Source: a candidate division WOR-3 bacterium (GTDB taxonomy: Bacteria; SDB-A). From it: 41,502 nt of DNA. Under the pieces are notes generated by a model. The model was not told the origin of the DNA. It saw nothing but the letters and a program-made list of their open reading frames with translations, and searched no databases. The DNA lies in NCBI GenBank assembly GCA_016934535.1, contig JAFGSQ010000024.1:1-41502 (forward strand). Reading direction: 5' to 3'. Shown here piece after piece: positions 8,629 to 17,314 of the stretch. Both the position numbers and the translations under genes were made by a program. Every line of letters starts with the position of its first letter. Positions within the stretch are counted from its first letter, which is position 1.

Positions 8629-11041
8629 CCTCAAAGTATCATTTAAGTTTAAAACCTATTGGTATGTGATCATTATAGCCGTTTTATTATTGATTTCATT
8701 CGGTTATATGCTGCTTCCGGGAAGAATGCTCGATTGCGGAGATCAGCTTCTCGGGTACTCAAACAAATTATTCTCCTCTTCTAATATGCTCCACGGAAAG
8801 GGCATCCCCTTGTGGAATCCTTATCTTTTTTCCGGATTGCCTTTCATAGGGGCAATGCACGGAGACATACTTTATCCTTCTCTTTTTCTTCGCCTGATTT
8901 TTCCTCCTGAATATGCGCTTGCGCTTTTATTTTTGCTTCATTTTCTTTTTGCGGGAATTTTTATGTTTTTCTTGGCGAAAGAATTGGGTTCGGATAATTC
9001 TGTGTCCCTTCTCATAGCCTTTTTGTACATGTTCACCGGAATAATTATTTCACAGGTAAATCCGGGGCACGACGGCAAAGTAATCGTGGAATCTTTCACG
9101 CCAGCTGTTTTTTTGTTTCTCACAAAAGGGATTCGCACGAGAAGATTGTTCTATTATCTTGTCAGCGGGGGATTTATCGGACTGTGCCTTTTGGCGCCGA
9201 ATGTCCAGTTGACTTATTACATGTTGATGGGAACCTTGATATGGTTTGTATCGGAACTCGTAGGTAATTATAAAAAAGATTTTAAAAATTACTATAAAAA
9301 CATTTCTTTTGCTTTGATAGCTTTGGGATTCGCTTTAGCGGTTTCTGCCGCTCAATTTATACCATTTCTCGAATACAGCTCTCTCTCACCAAGACAAACA
9401 ACCAGAGGATGGGAATTTGCAACGAGTTGGTCAATGCCTTTACCCGAATTTTTCGACGCGATGATTTCCGGATTTTCAGGTATTAAAGAAAAATACTGGG
9501 GTGAGAATTTTTTTAAACTGCACACAGAATACATGGGTGTCATTCCGTTTTTATTCGCCCCTTTGGCTTTATTCTCAAAAAATAACCGAGACAGGAGAAG
9601 AGCATTTACGTTGGCAGGAATATCCGCCTTTTTCCTCATTGTTTCATTTGGAGGTCACACGGCTTTTTATAAACCTCTCTATATACTTATACCGGGATTC
9701 AATAAATTCAGAGCGCCCAGCATATCTTTTTTCATGTTCTGTTTCTCTCTAATTGCATCGACGTCTTTGACCATGAAAAACATACTCGCATCAGAAATTA
9801 AAAAGATGCCTTTGATTGTATTTTCGATCTTACTTTTAATTCTGATTGCATTGAGTCCGGCCCTGGCCTCAAAAATTGCTCAAAACTCCGATAAAATTGC
9901 TTTAGCTGCTCAAAACACGAAAGAATTAAACAGCGGAGCGATGATCTCATCTTTCGTTTTAATTTTTTCTGTTGCATCCATACTGCTCTGTTTAAAATAC
10001 CCCGAAAAAAAACGCTACATTTTCTTTCTTTTCTGTTTCGTCGCTTTTACTGATTTATACAGAACTAACAGCAAATTCGTACAATTCATCAGGGATGATT
10101 CAGGTAAATACCTTTCGGCGGAAGAAATATACAAACCGGATTTTTCCGTTAATTTTGTAAAAAACAACGATTCTCTTTACAGAATAATGCCAACTACATA
10201 CTTCGATCTGCTGATAACTCAAAACGGAGTTCGTCCTGTTGACAATCATTCCAGCGACAACTACCTGATGGCGAACGGACTTTATTCGCCGGGCGGATAT
10301 CACGGAAACCAGCTTCAGAGATATCAGGACCTCATAGGTCTTCCGCAGACTATAATGTTCCAGAACGGAGGACTTCTGTCGGAAAACATAAATCTTTGCA
10401 GACTTCTCGGCATCAAATTCCAGCCTCTCAGCAAAATCCTGTACTCGGAAATCGTGAGACTTTCCTCCGAAGATCCCGACAGGGCCGCTCAGCTCGCAGA
10501 CATGTTCGGGCTTTGTAAAACCGGTCGCATCAGGATGGATTCAGGCGTTGTCGTAGACGCGGGCAACATGGTTTTGCTTGTAGACACTCTCGCTCTGCCT
10601 AAAGCCTTTCTCGTTCCTTCATGCAGAGTAATAACTGATGACGAAGCCTGCCTGGCCGCAGTCCACGACGAAAACATCGATTTCTCCAGGACTGTTATTC
10701 TCTCTGAAGAGCCCGGTATTGCCGGCTCATCAGGAGGAAGCGCCGAGATAACAGAATACTCGCCCGACCGAATAAAAGTTTCAATCACTACTGAAGGGCC
10801 CTCTTTTCTCGTCATAAACGACAATTACGCCCCGGGTTGGAAAGCATACGTAGACGGAAATAATACCGAAATTTTAAGGGCGTATTACTCTCTTCGGTGT
10901 GTTCCGGTTTCATCGGGCGGAGAACACGAATTGCTGATGATTTACGATCCTCTTTCTGTTAGAATTGGATATGCAGTTACGCTTGCGGCTATAATCTTAT
11001 GGTCAATCCTCATGATAATCAGCTGGAGGAAAAAAATATGA
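8606..11041 (+). CDS. YfhO-family GT-C membrane glycosyltransferase
   Basis: PLWNPYLFSGLPF, about 12 TM segments, GFNKFRAP, GGYHG, C-terminal DNYAPGWKAYVDG...RAYYSLRCVPV plus a terminal TM. Confidence 0.9.
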   Translation: MGKQSKNDLKVSFKFKTYWYVIIIAVLLLISFGYMLLPGRMLDCGDQLLGYSNKLFSSSNMLHGKGIPLWNPYLFSGLPFIGAMHGDILYPSLFLRLIFPPEYALALLFLLHFLFAGIFMFFLAKELGSDNSVSLLIAFLYMFTGIIISQVNPGHDGKVIVESFTPAVFLFLTKGIRTRRLFYYLVSGGFIGLCLLAPNVQLTYYMLMGTLIWFVSELVGNYKKDFKNYYKNISFALIALGFALAVSAAQFIPFLEYSSLSPRQTTRGWEFATSWSMPLPEFFDAMISGFSGIKEKYWGENFFKLHTEYMGVIPFLFAPLALFSKNNRDRRRAFTLAGISAFFLIVSFGGHTAFYKPLYILIPGFNKFRAPSISFFMFCFSLIASTSLTMKNILASEIKKMPLIVFSILLLILIALSPALASKIAQNSDKIALAAQNTKELNSGAMISSFVLIFSVASILLCLKYPEKKRYIFFLFCFVAFTDLYRTNSKFVQFIRDDSGKYLSAEEIYKPDFSVNFVKNNDSLYRIMPTTYFDLLITQNGVRPVDNHSSDNYLMANGLYSPGGYHGNQLQRYQDLIGLPQTIMFQNGGLLSENINLCRLLGIKFQPLSKILYSEIVRLSSEDPDRAAQLADMFGLCKTGRIRMDSGVVVDAGNMVLLVDTLALPKAFLVPSCRVITDDEACLAAVHDENIDFSRTVILSEEPGIAGSSGGSAEITEYSPDRIKVSITTEGPSFLVINDNYAPGWKAYVDGNNTEILRAYYSLRCVPVSSGGEHELLMIYDPLSVRIGYAVTLAAIILWSILMIISWRKKI

Positions 11042-11751
11042 AAGCCCTCGTAGTGATACCGACTTACAACGAAATTGAGAACATTGAAAAAATATTAATC
11101 AAGATACTCGAACAGGACGACAGACTGGATGTCCTCGTAGTTGACGATTCTTCTCCCGATAACACAGGCGAAAAAGTCCTCGAAATGAGAAAAAGCAGAC
11201 CGAGGATACATCTCAAAAGACGTTCCGGAAAGATGGGGCTCGGAACGGCTTATGTCGACGGATTCAAATGGGCAATAGAGAATAAATACGACTGCGTTTT
11301 CGAAATGGACGCGGATTTCTCTCACGACCCGACGATGCTTCCCGTATTTCTCGAAAAAATAAAGAAATACGACCTGGTAATAGGTTCAAGATACATAAAC
11401 GGAGTCAGCGTAATCAATTGGCCCATGAGCAGGCTTCTTTTGAGTTATTTCGCCAATAAATACGCCTCTCTTGTCACAGGCTGCCCCATAAAAGACCTTA
11501 CCGGCGGATTCAAATGTTTCAGAAGACAGACGCTCCAATCTCTCGACCTGAACAGGATCCATTCCGACGGATATTCCTTTCAAATTGAAATAGATTTCAA
11601 AGCCTACGCCAAGGGTTTGAAAATAAAGGAGATTCCTATTATTTTCGCCGACAGAACCGAAGGCAAGAGCAAGATGTCGAAAAAGATAATCTGGGAAGCA
11701 ATTTTCATGGTCTGGCGTCTCAGAATGGCAAAGATTTTCAGAAAATTATGA
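11038..11751 (+). CDS. Polyprenol monophosphosugar synthase (GT2, DPM1/Ppm1-like)
   Basis: VIPTYNE, VVDDSSPDNT, GLGTAY, EMDADFSHDP, GSRY, DLTGGFKC, GYSFQIE and SKMS. Start placed at ATG 11038 (ATGA overlap, GGAGG SD). Confidence 0.92.
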   Translation: MKALVVIPTYNEIENIEKILIKILEQDDRLDVLVVDDSSPDNTGEKVLEMRKSRPRIHLKRRSGKMGLGTAYVDGFKWAIENKYDCVFEMDADFSHDPTMLPVFLEKIKKYDLVIGSRYINGVSVINWPMSRLLLSYFANKYASLVTGCPIKDLTGGFKCFRRQTLQSLDLNRIHSDGYSFQIEIDFKAYAKGLKIKEIPIIFADRTEGKSKMSKKIIWEAIFMVWRLRMAKIFRKL

Positions 11752-13136
11752 TAGTCAGCAAAACCGAAAAAATAAACAAATTTTTCTGTCTTTGGGACAT
11801 ACTTGCGACAATTCTTCTTTTCGTGTTTCTCCAGTTTTTCGTTCAGATGTTTTTCGCCGAGACGACCTATCAAACTGCCTTGCAGAGACTGCAGAGGCTT
11901 CCCTGGGTACTGCCGCTTACTGCAGTTCTCTGGGCTTTTTTCCTGAATGCCTATCAAACATATCCGAAATCAGAAACCCGTAAAACGGCTGAACTTCTCC
12001 TCCCTGTATTGAAATCAATTGTAACTTCGGGAAGCATTTTAGGCCTATTTTTCTTTTTGACGAAGTCATACATACAAAGCAGGTCGGTTTTCGTTTTGTT
12101 CATGCTTGCGGATCTCGGCATAATACTGTTAAACAGATTCCTGCTTCTAAAGATAAGGAACAAGCTGATGAAACTGAACATAATCATCATCTCCGACGAA
12201 CGCAACAGCAGAAACATAGAAAAGATAATAAGGAAAAATCTTTCAATAGGAAAAAGGATACTGGATATCATCAGAATCAAAGAAGAAATCACCGATGAGA
12301 GAATGAGTGAAATTTTCGACAAAATAAGCCTCGGAACTGTGGATTGGATAGTAGTAGGACTCGGTCCTTCCAACTACGTACATTTTAAACCTCTCGTCGA
12401 GTTCTGCGAAGAAAAAGGCGTGCCCGTCTCTCTGCTGATAGACACTTCGATAAAACCTAAAATATCCTGGCTAAAAGTCGAAGAGATATCCGGTTTTCCG
12501 TTTTTCACTTTTTACACGACTACGGGAAGAGTGTGGGGACTCATATCCAAAGACATTATTGACAAAGCGCTTGGAGTACTCGGAATTATTGTTTTATTTC
12601 CTCTTCTGGCTCTCATAAGCGCAGCCGTAAAAATATCTTCACCGGGAACTGTAATTTTCAGCCAAATCCGGAGCGGACTTAACGGGAAACCTTTCAAAAT
12701 GCTTAAGTTCAGAACAATGCGGGAAGGTTCCGAAGAGCTTCTTCCATCTCTTCTTGAAAGCAATCTTATCCAGGGTTGTGCGTTCAAACACCCTAAAGAT
12801 CCGAGAGTGACAAAAGTCGGCAAATTCCTGCGCAGGTGGAGCCTCGATGAACTTCCACAGCTCGTTAACATAATTAAAGGGGAAATGAGTTTTGTCGGTC
12901 CGAGACCCCCTCTTCCAGAAGAAGTAAAAATGTACAAGAACTGGCAGAAAAGAAAATTGTCCATGAAACCGGGACTGACTTGCCTTTGGCAAATAGGCGG
13001 CAGAAGCAAAATACTCGATTTCGACAAATGGGTCAAATTGGATCTCGAATACATTGACAATTGGTCGCTGTGGTTAGATATTAAGATCATGATCAAGACT
13101 CTTCCCGCCATAATAAGCGGGATGGGTGCTTACTGA
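11748..13136 (+). CDS. Priming phosphoglycosyl transferase (WcaJ/WbaP-type sugar transferase)
   Basis: 4 N-terminal TMs; KFRTM, DPRVTKVGKFLRRWSLDELPQLVN, GEMSFVGPRP, KPGLTCLWQ and LDLEYI. Confidence 0.93.
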   Translation: MIVSKTEKINKFFCLWDILATILLFVFLQFFVQMFFAETTYQTALQRLQRLPWVLPLTAVLWAFFLNAYQTYPKSETRKTAELLLPVLKSIVTSGSILGLFFFLTKSYIQSRSVFVLFMLADLGIILLNRFLLLKIRNKLMKLNIIIISDERNSRNIEKIIRKNLSIGKRILDIIRIKEEITDERMSEIFDKISLGTVDWIVVGLGPSNYVHFKPLVEFCEEKGVPVSLLIDTSIKPKISWLKVEEISGFPFFTFYTTTGRVWGLISKDIIDKALGVLGIIVLFPLLALISAAVKISSPGTVIFSQIRSGLNGKPFKMLKFRTMREGSEELLPSLLESNLIQGCAFKHPKDPRVTKVGKFLRRWSLDELPQLVNIIKGEMSFVGPRPPLPEEVKMYKNWQKRKLSMKPGLTCLWQIGGRSKILDFDKWVKLDLEYIDNWSLWLDIKIMIKTLPAIISGMGAY

Positions 13137-13152
13137 TAAACACGGAGGTATT

Positions 13153-15300
13153 ATGTTTATATTAGCATTCCTCGCTTTTTTATTATCCGCCGGAGACGGG
13201 ATAACGATTTACACTTCTCACGCTCAAGTCAACAGACTTGAGTTTCTCGGCGGGAAACTAGTCACAATGAGTTCGGGAGGGATCTGTGTTTCCGACTCCT
13301 CGGGACACGAAGTAGTTATTAATAATTCCGACGGACTTCTCGACAACAACGCTATGGACGCAGTCTTCGACGAAAACGGGAACCTCTTCGCCGGGACTTC
13401 CAGCGGGTTGACTGTTTTTTCAAGGGACTTCTCGGAATTCATTCAGCTGACCTCTTTTTTTCAGGGTATACCTCACGGTGAAATCAGGGAACTGGAATAC
13501 AGAGACGACACACTTTGGGCCGGAGGAGAGAACGGCTGTTGGTGCTGGAACACCGGGGGCAATCCTCTCACATTTTCCTACGGACATTCATCGAGATTTT
13601 TATCGGACAGAACCGTCAACGCTCTTTTACTGAACGGAGATATTCTCGCGGCGGGAACAGTAGGCGAACTTTTTTTCATACCCGCCGGAACATTCGGGGA
13701 CACAACAACATACTCCGGTTTCTCAAAAGGATTAAGCGCGCAGGAATCAGTTCTCTCAGTTGTCGTTTACAACGACACTGTATGGATTTCGACGAGCAGT
13801 TACGTTAAATTCCTGTCGGGAGACAGTTTCGTCTCTACAGGGATAAATTCGCGAAAAATGCGCTTGTCCGTCGTTAGAGACACTCTTTTCGTCAACGATT
13901 ACGAAAACTGGTCGGTCAAAAGATGGAACAACGGAACGTGGAATCAATACGGTCCGGGAATTCCGTCGAGACCGGTCAGCGTTTCTTTGAATCCCGACGG
14001 CCGTTTATGCGCGGGAACAGCCACTCTGTCGAATTATTGCTACGAATCAAATTCGTGGAGACAAGTCATGCCTCCGGGGCTTTTTAAACCGCTCGTTTCA
14101 TCCGCCGCCATGCTCCCTAACGGTATAATAGCCGCCATACATTTCGGCAACGATTACGGAGACGCTGTCTCCCTGAGATATCCGGACGGAGAATGGGAAA
14201 TATTAACTTCTCTCAACTACGACACAACCGGTGACTGGGGAGCGGGAAGGTTTATTTCCGTCAGGAACGATTCTACTTTTGTAATAGGGGTCTGGGGCAG
14301 GCCGGGCGCTCTGATTTTCCTTTATCCCGGTAAAACGAGCGCCGACTCCTCCCGTTTCGAAAAACTGGCTCTGCCATACACTCCAAGCGATCAGCAACAG
14401 CCGATAAGCGCTTTGACCGTCGACCCCAACGGAGACGTATGGTGCGCTTCTTTCGACAATCAGGGCCCGTATCTATTCAGGGTAAAACCGGACAACTCGG
14501 TAATAACTTATTACAACAATCTTTTTATATATATTTATTCAATATGCATGCTCAAAGACGGAAGAGTGGCTTTCGGAACGGCTCATTTGAACGCCAACGG
14601 TTTCGCAAGCATTTTCAATCCGTCGGATTCCTCCGTTTCCCCTGAAATACTGACGCTGTCCGGAAACGACATAAACTCAATAGACAACTTTAAGGACCAT
14701 CTTATCTTCATAGGGTCCAACGGCGGTATAAACACATTCGACTTAACCTCTTACACGGTCACAGACACAATAACTAATTCAAACACACAGGGCGGTTTGA
14801 TAGGTCCTTCAGTGGTTTCTCTCCTCTACATTCCCGGAAACGGTCTTTGGGCGTTGTGCGATAACGCGGGGCTCTCGCACAGGAAAGAAGACGGCACCTG
14901 GGAAAAATTCGAACAGCCTTCGACTCTTCCGGGCATTCCTGTAGGAGATAACAGAGGGGGTCTTTTCTATCATGCCGATTCAGGTATTCTGTTAGTCCCG
15001 ACGAGCAAGGGACTTTGCCTGTTTCCAGTAAAAAGCGAATCCGACGCAACCGAGGGTGAACTGCTTGTTTTCCCTAATCCGTGGCGCCTTGACTGCCCAT
15101 TGACTTTAGTGACTGACAGCGCAGAATATTTTTACATTTATTCTATGGACGGAATGCTTGTATATTCTTCGGCTTTATCAGACAATGGAAATCTAGTAAT
15201 ACAACCTCAATCGCTAAGCGAAATTGCGTCCGGTCTTTATTTCGTCGTCGCTAAATCAAACAAGACGACTGCGAGAGGAAGGCTCGTTATCGTAAGATAA
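13153..15300 (+). CDS. PorZ-like two-component-regulator-type beta-propeller protein with C-terminal Ig/T9SS-type domain
   Basis: Signal-like N-terminus; propeller repeats (NNSDGLLDNNAMDAVFDENGNLFAGTSSGL; ALTVDPNGDVW; PTSKGL); C-terminal LVFPNPWR...IYSMDGMLV...ASGLYFV...GRLVIVR. Start at ATG 13153 behind GGAGG. The PorZ assignment rests on architecture only. Confidence 0.6.
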   Translation: MFILAFLAFLLSAGDGITIYTSHAQVNRLEFLGGKLVTMSSGGICVSDSSGHEVVINNSDGLLDNNAMDAVFDENGNLFAGTSSGLTVFSRDFSEFIQLTSFFQGIPHGEIRELEYRDDTLWAGGENGCWCWNTGGNPLTFSYGHSSRFLSDRTVNALLLNGDILAAGTVGELFFIPAGTFGDTTTYSGFSKGLSAQESVLSVVVYNDTVWISTSSYVKFLSGDSFVSTGINSRKMRLSVVRDTLFVNDYENWSVKRWNNGTWNQYGPGIPSRPVSVSLNPDGRLCAGTATLSNYCYESNSWRQVMPPGLFKPLVSSAAMLPNGIIAAIHFGNDYGDAVSLRYPDGEWEILTSLNYDTTGDWGAGRFISVRNDSTFVIGVWGRPGALIFLYPGKTSADSSRFEKLALPYTPSDQQQPISALTVDPNGDVWCASFDNQGPYLFRVKPDNSVITYYNNLFIYIYSICMLKDGRVAFGTAHLNANGFASIFNPSDSSVSPEILTLSGNDINSIDNFKDHLIFIGSNGGINTFDLTSYTVTDTITNSNTQGGLIGPSVVSLLYIPGNGLWALCDNAGLSHRKEDGTWEKFEQPSTLPGIPVGDNRGGLFYHADSGILLVPTSKGLCLFPVKSESDATEGELLVFPNPWRLDCPLTLVTDSAEYFYIYSMDGMLVYSSALSDNGNLVIQPQSLSEIASGLYFVVAKSNKTTARGRLVIVR

Positions 15301-15301
15301 T

Positions 15302-17314
15302 ATGGGAGCCTACATCCAGCTTTCGGATTTTCTTTGTTCAGCTGAATCAAGTTCTTTTTACTCTGAAAAGCTTAAAAAGCAAGGTTACGGACCATTCGCT
15401 TCCCACACGCTTAGGCTGACAAGATCTGTATCCGGCGCATCTCATTCGAAACAGGCTTCTTTATTCGTCGAGAAACACAGAAAAACAGGTGTTATAAGAG
15501 TTTCTTTCGAAGGCAATTTAAAAACCGAACTGTCGGATATGCTTTTAAAGACTTTGACCAAAAAAAGTTCCGAAAAAAACATTGATCTCGAAAAAACTCT
15601 CTATCATCTGTATTCGAGGATTTCGGAGACTGATCCTGATCTGATCCCCATTCTCGATGCGTCAGTCTATAAACTGGCTGAAATAGCTACCGCTCCAGTA
15701 TTGTTCTCGCTTCCTGCAAAAGACGCTGTAAACAAAGCCAGTTCTGTAGCGGGAAGGCTAAGAGAAGCCCTCAGAAGCGTCAGAAAACTTTTAAAAAGCA
15801 GAAACACCTCTTTCAATCTGTGGCTCGATCTGACAATTTTACCTGTTGTAGGACCTGTGTGGGATGATCTTTCACTTGAAATTGCGTCAAACATAATTAG
15901 CGAACTCGGTCTGCCACCGACTATTTTTTCGTCAATTTACAAATCGGTTTCCAAATACGCTATATCCAGAGAAATCGCCAAGTTCACCGATGAAAAACCG
16001 CGATTCAGCTCGGAAGACCTCTCAATACTTGAAGAGAGGATAAACAGACTCGGTTCGGAAATCTCGATTGAGGACCTGAAAAAACTTGAAAAATCGGCCA
16101 AAAAAAATCCTGTTGAAATCGGCAGAAGCTTTCATTTGATGTCCGAAAAACAATCACTAAGTTTTTCTGATGTAATAAACTCATTCGAAAATCTTTTCGA
16201 ACTGATAGCTTTTCCTCCGGGAGACCTGCTCAATCTGATTTCAGACGAGCTCACTCAGCAATACAGGTTCATTTCTAAAATTGATAAAAAAGATTCCAAA
16301 ATTGAACAGGAAAACATAATTCTTAGAAACCTAAACCTCGCGGGAAAAAAATACATGGCTGACGCAAAAGGCGCGCTCGATGGCGTCAGAGCTATTATTG
16401 TAGGTGTTTTCGAACCCATAATGACCGCAAAATCCTTTATCGAGACACTGAGAATCTGGCCTGACGAAGAACTCAACGAGAGTTGGAGCCCCTGGGACGT
16501 AGCCAATCACGCCGCTCTTGTCCTGGTCGAAAACGAGAATTTCTATCGTTTCGGACTACAAGGAAAAGTCATTCTCGATAGGGACAAGGACCAGCCGCTA
16601 TTCAAAGAAATTAACGAAAAAATAAACTCTTCGTCGGCAATCCTCACTCTCGTCTTCGGAGACATAGAGACTACATCGGACGAAGACACCGAAGGTCTGT
16701 TTTCGAGCGTCTCTGAAATAATAGACCACATTAGAAAAGCGAATCTTTCGATCCGGTCTTTTGGCCCGTTGACTTTTGCTGTTACGGCTGATAATTCCGA
16801 GGGAGGAGCCATGAAGATTGCCAAAGTGCTTGACGCGCTCATACCCTTCGACGAAACTCCCGTGCCGGGGATAGGCATAGCTTCAGCTCCCTACGGAGAG
16901 GGTTTCTTAGCCAAGACTTACTCCGAAGGCGTTCTCGTAGCAGCCGGAGAAACAGTCAAACGCTCCATGATACTTTCCAGGCTTTCATGGAGCGTCAAAA
17001 GGGTTCTGTGTGATCTTTCATCGACTCTTTCCCTAATAAAATATTGCGACGAATTCAGGATACTCCCATACAGAAGCGCTTCCTTTCCGCAGTTTGACGA
17101 CCCGAAGGAAATTCTCGCGAATATTCTGTACAGAAGGACAGAACCTCACGACATCGCTATGATGTCTCCCCCTCTTCACTTTCAGTTTTTCGGAGCTCTG
17201 AACAAGTCCCGCCAGCTGATTTCAACGGACGATTACGGCGGAGATTTGTCAACTCTGACGGGAAGCAACATAGAAGGTCCGGTTTTTTCGATCACGAAAA
17301 AGCGTCCGGATTAA
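15302..17314 (+). CDS. Hypothetical cytoplasmic protein, possible degenerate class III nucleotidyl cyclase-like domain in the C-terminal third
   Basis: 670-aa ORF starting 1 bp after the previous stop; LTLVFGDI ... GIGIASAP ... GETVKRSMILSRLS follows cyclase motif order. Confidence 0.55.
   Translation: MGAYIQLSDFLCSAESSSFYSEKLKKQGYGPFASHTLRLTRSVSGASHSKQASLFVEKHRKTGVIRVSFEGNLKTELSDMLLKTLTKKSSEKNIDLEKTLYHLYSRISETDPDLIPILDASVYKLAEIATAPVLFSLPAKDAVNKASSVAGRLREALRSVRKLLKSRNTSFNLWLDLTILPVVGPVWDDLSLEIASNIISELGLPPTIFSSIYKSVSKYAISREIAKFTDEKPRFSSEDLSILEERINRLGSEISIEDLKKLEKSAKKNPVEIGRSFHLMSEKQSLSFSDVINSFENLFELIAFPPGDLLNLISDELTQQYRFISKIDKKDSKIEQENIILRNLNLAGKKYMADAKGALDGVRAIIVGVFEPIMTAKSFIETLRIWPDEELNESWSPWDVANHAALVLVENENFYRFGLQGKVILDRDKDQPLFKEINEKINSSSAILTLVFGDIETTSDEDTEGLFSSVSEIIDHIRKANLSIRSFGPLTFAVTADNSEGGAMKIAKVLDALIPFDETPVPGIGIASAPYGEGFLAKTYSEGVLVAAGETVKRSMILSRLSWSVKRVLCDLSSTLSLIKYCDEFRILPYRSASFPQFDDPKEILANILYRRTEPHDIAMMSPPLHFQFFGALNKSRQLISTDDYGGDLSTLTGSNIEGPVFSITKKRPD

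Noticed and set aside
12512-13111. 199-aa minus-strand ORF and the many other short ORFs nested in real genes
   Set aside because: Antisense or alternate-frame shadows of well-supported CDSs.
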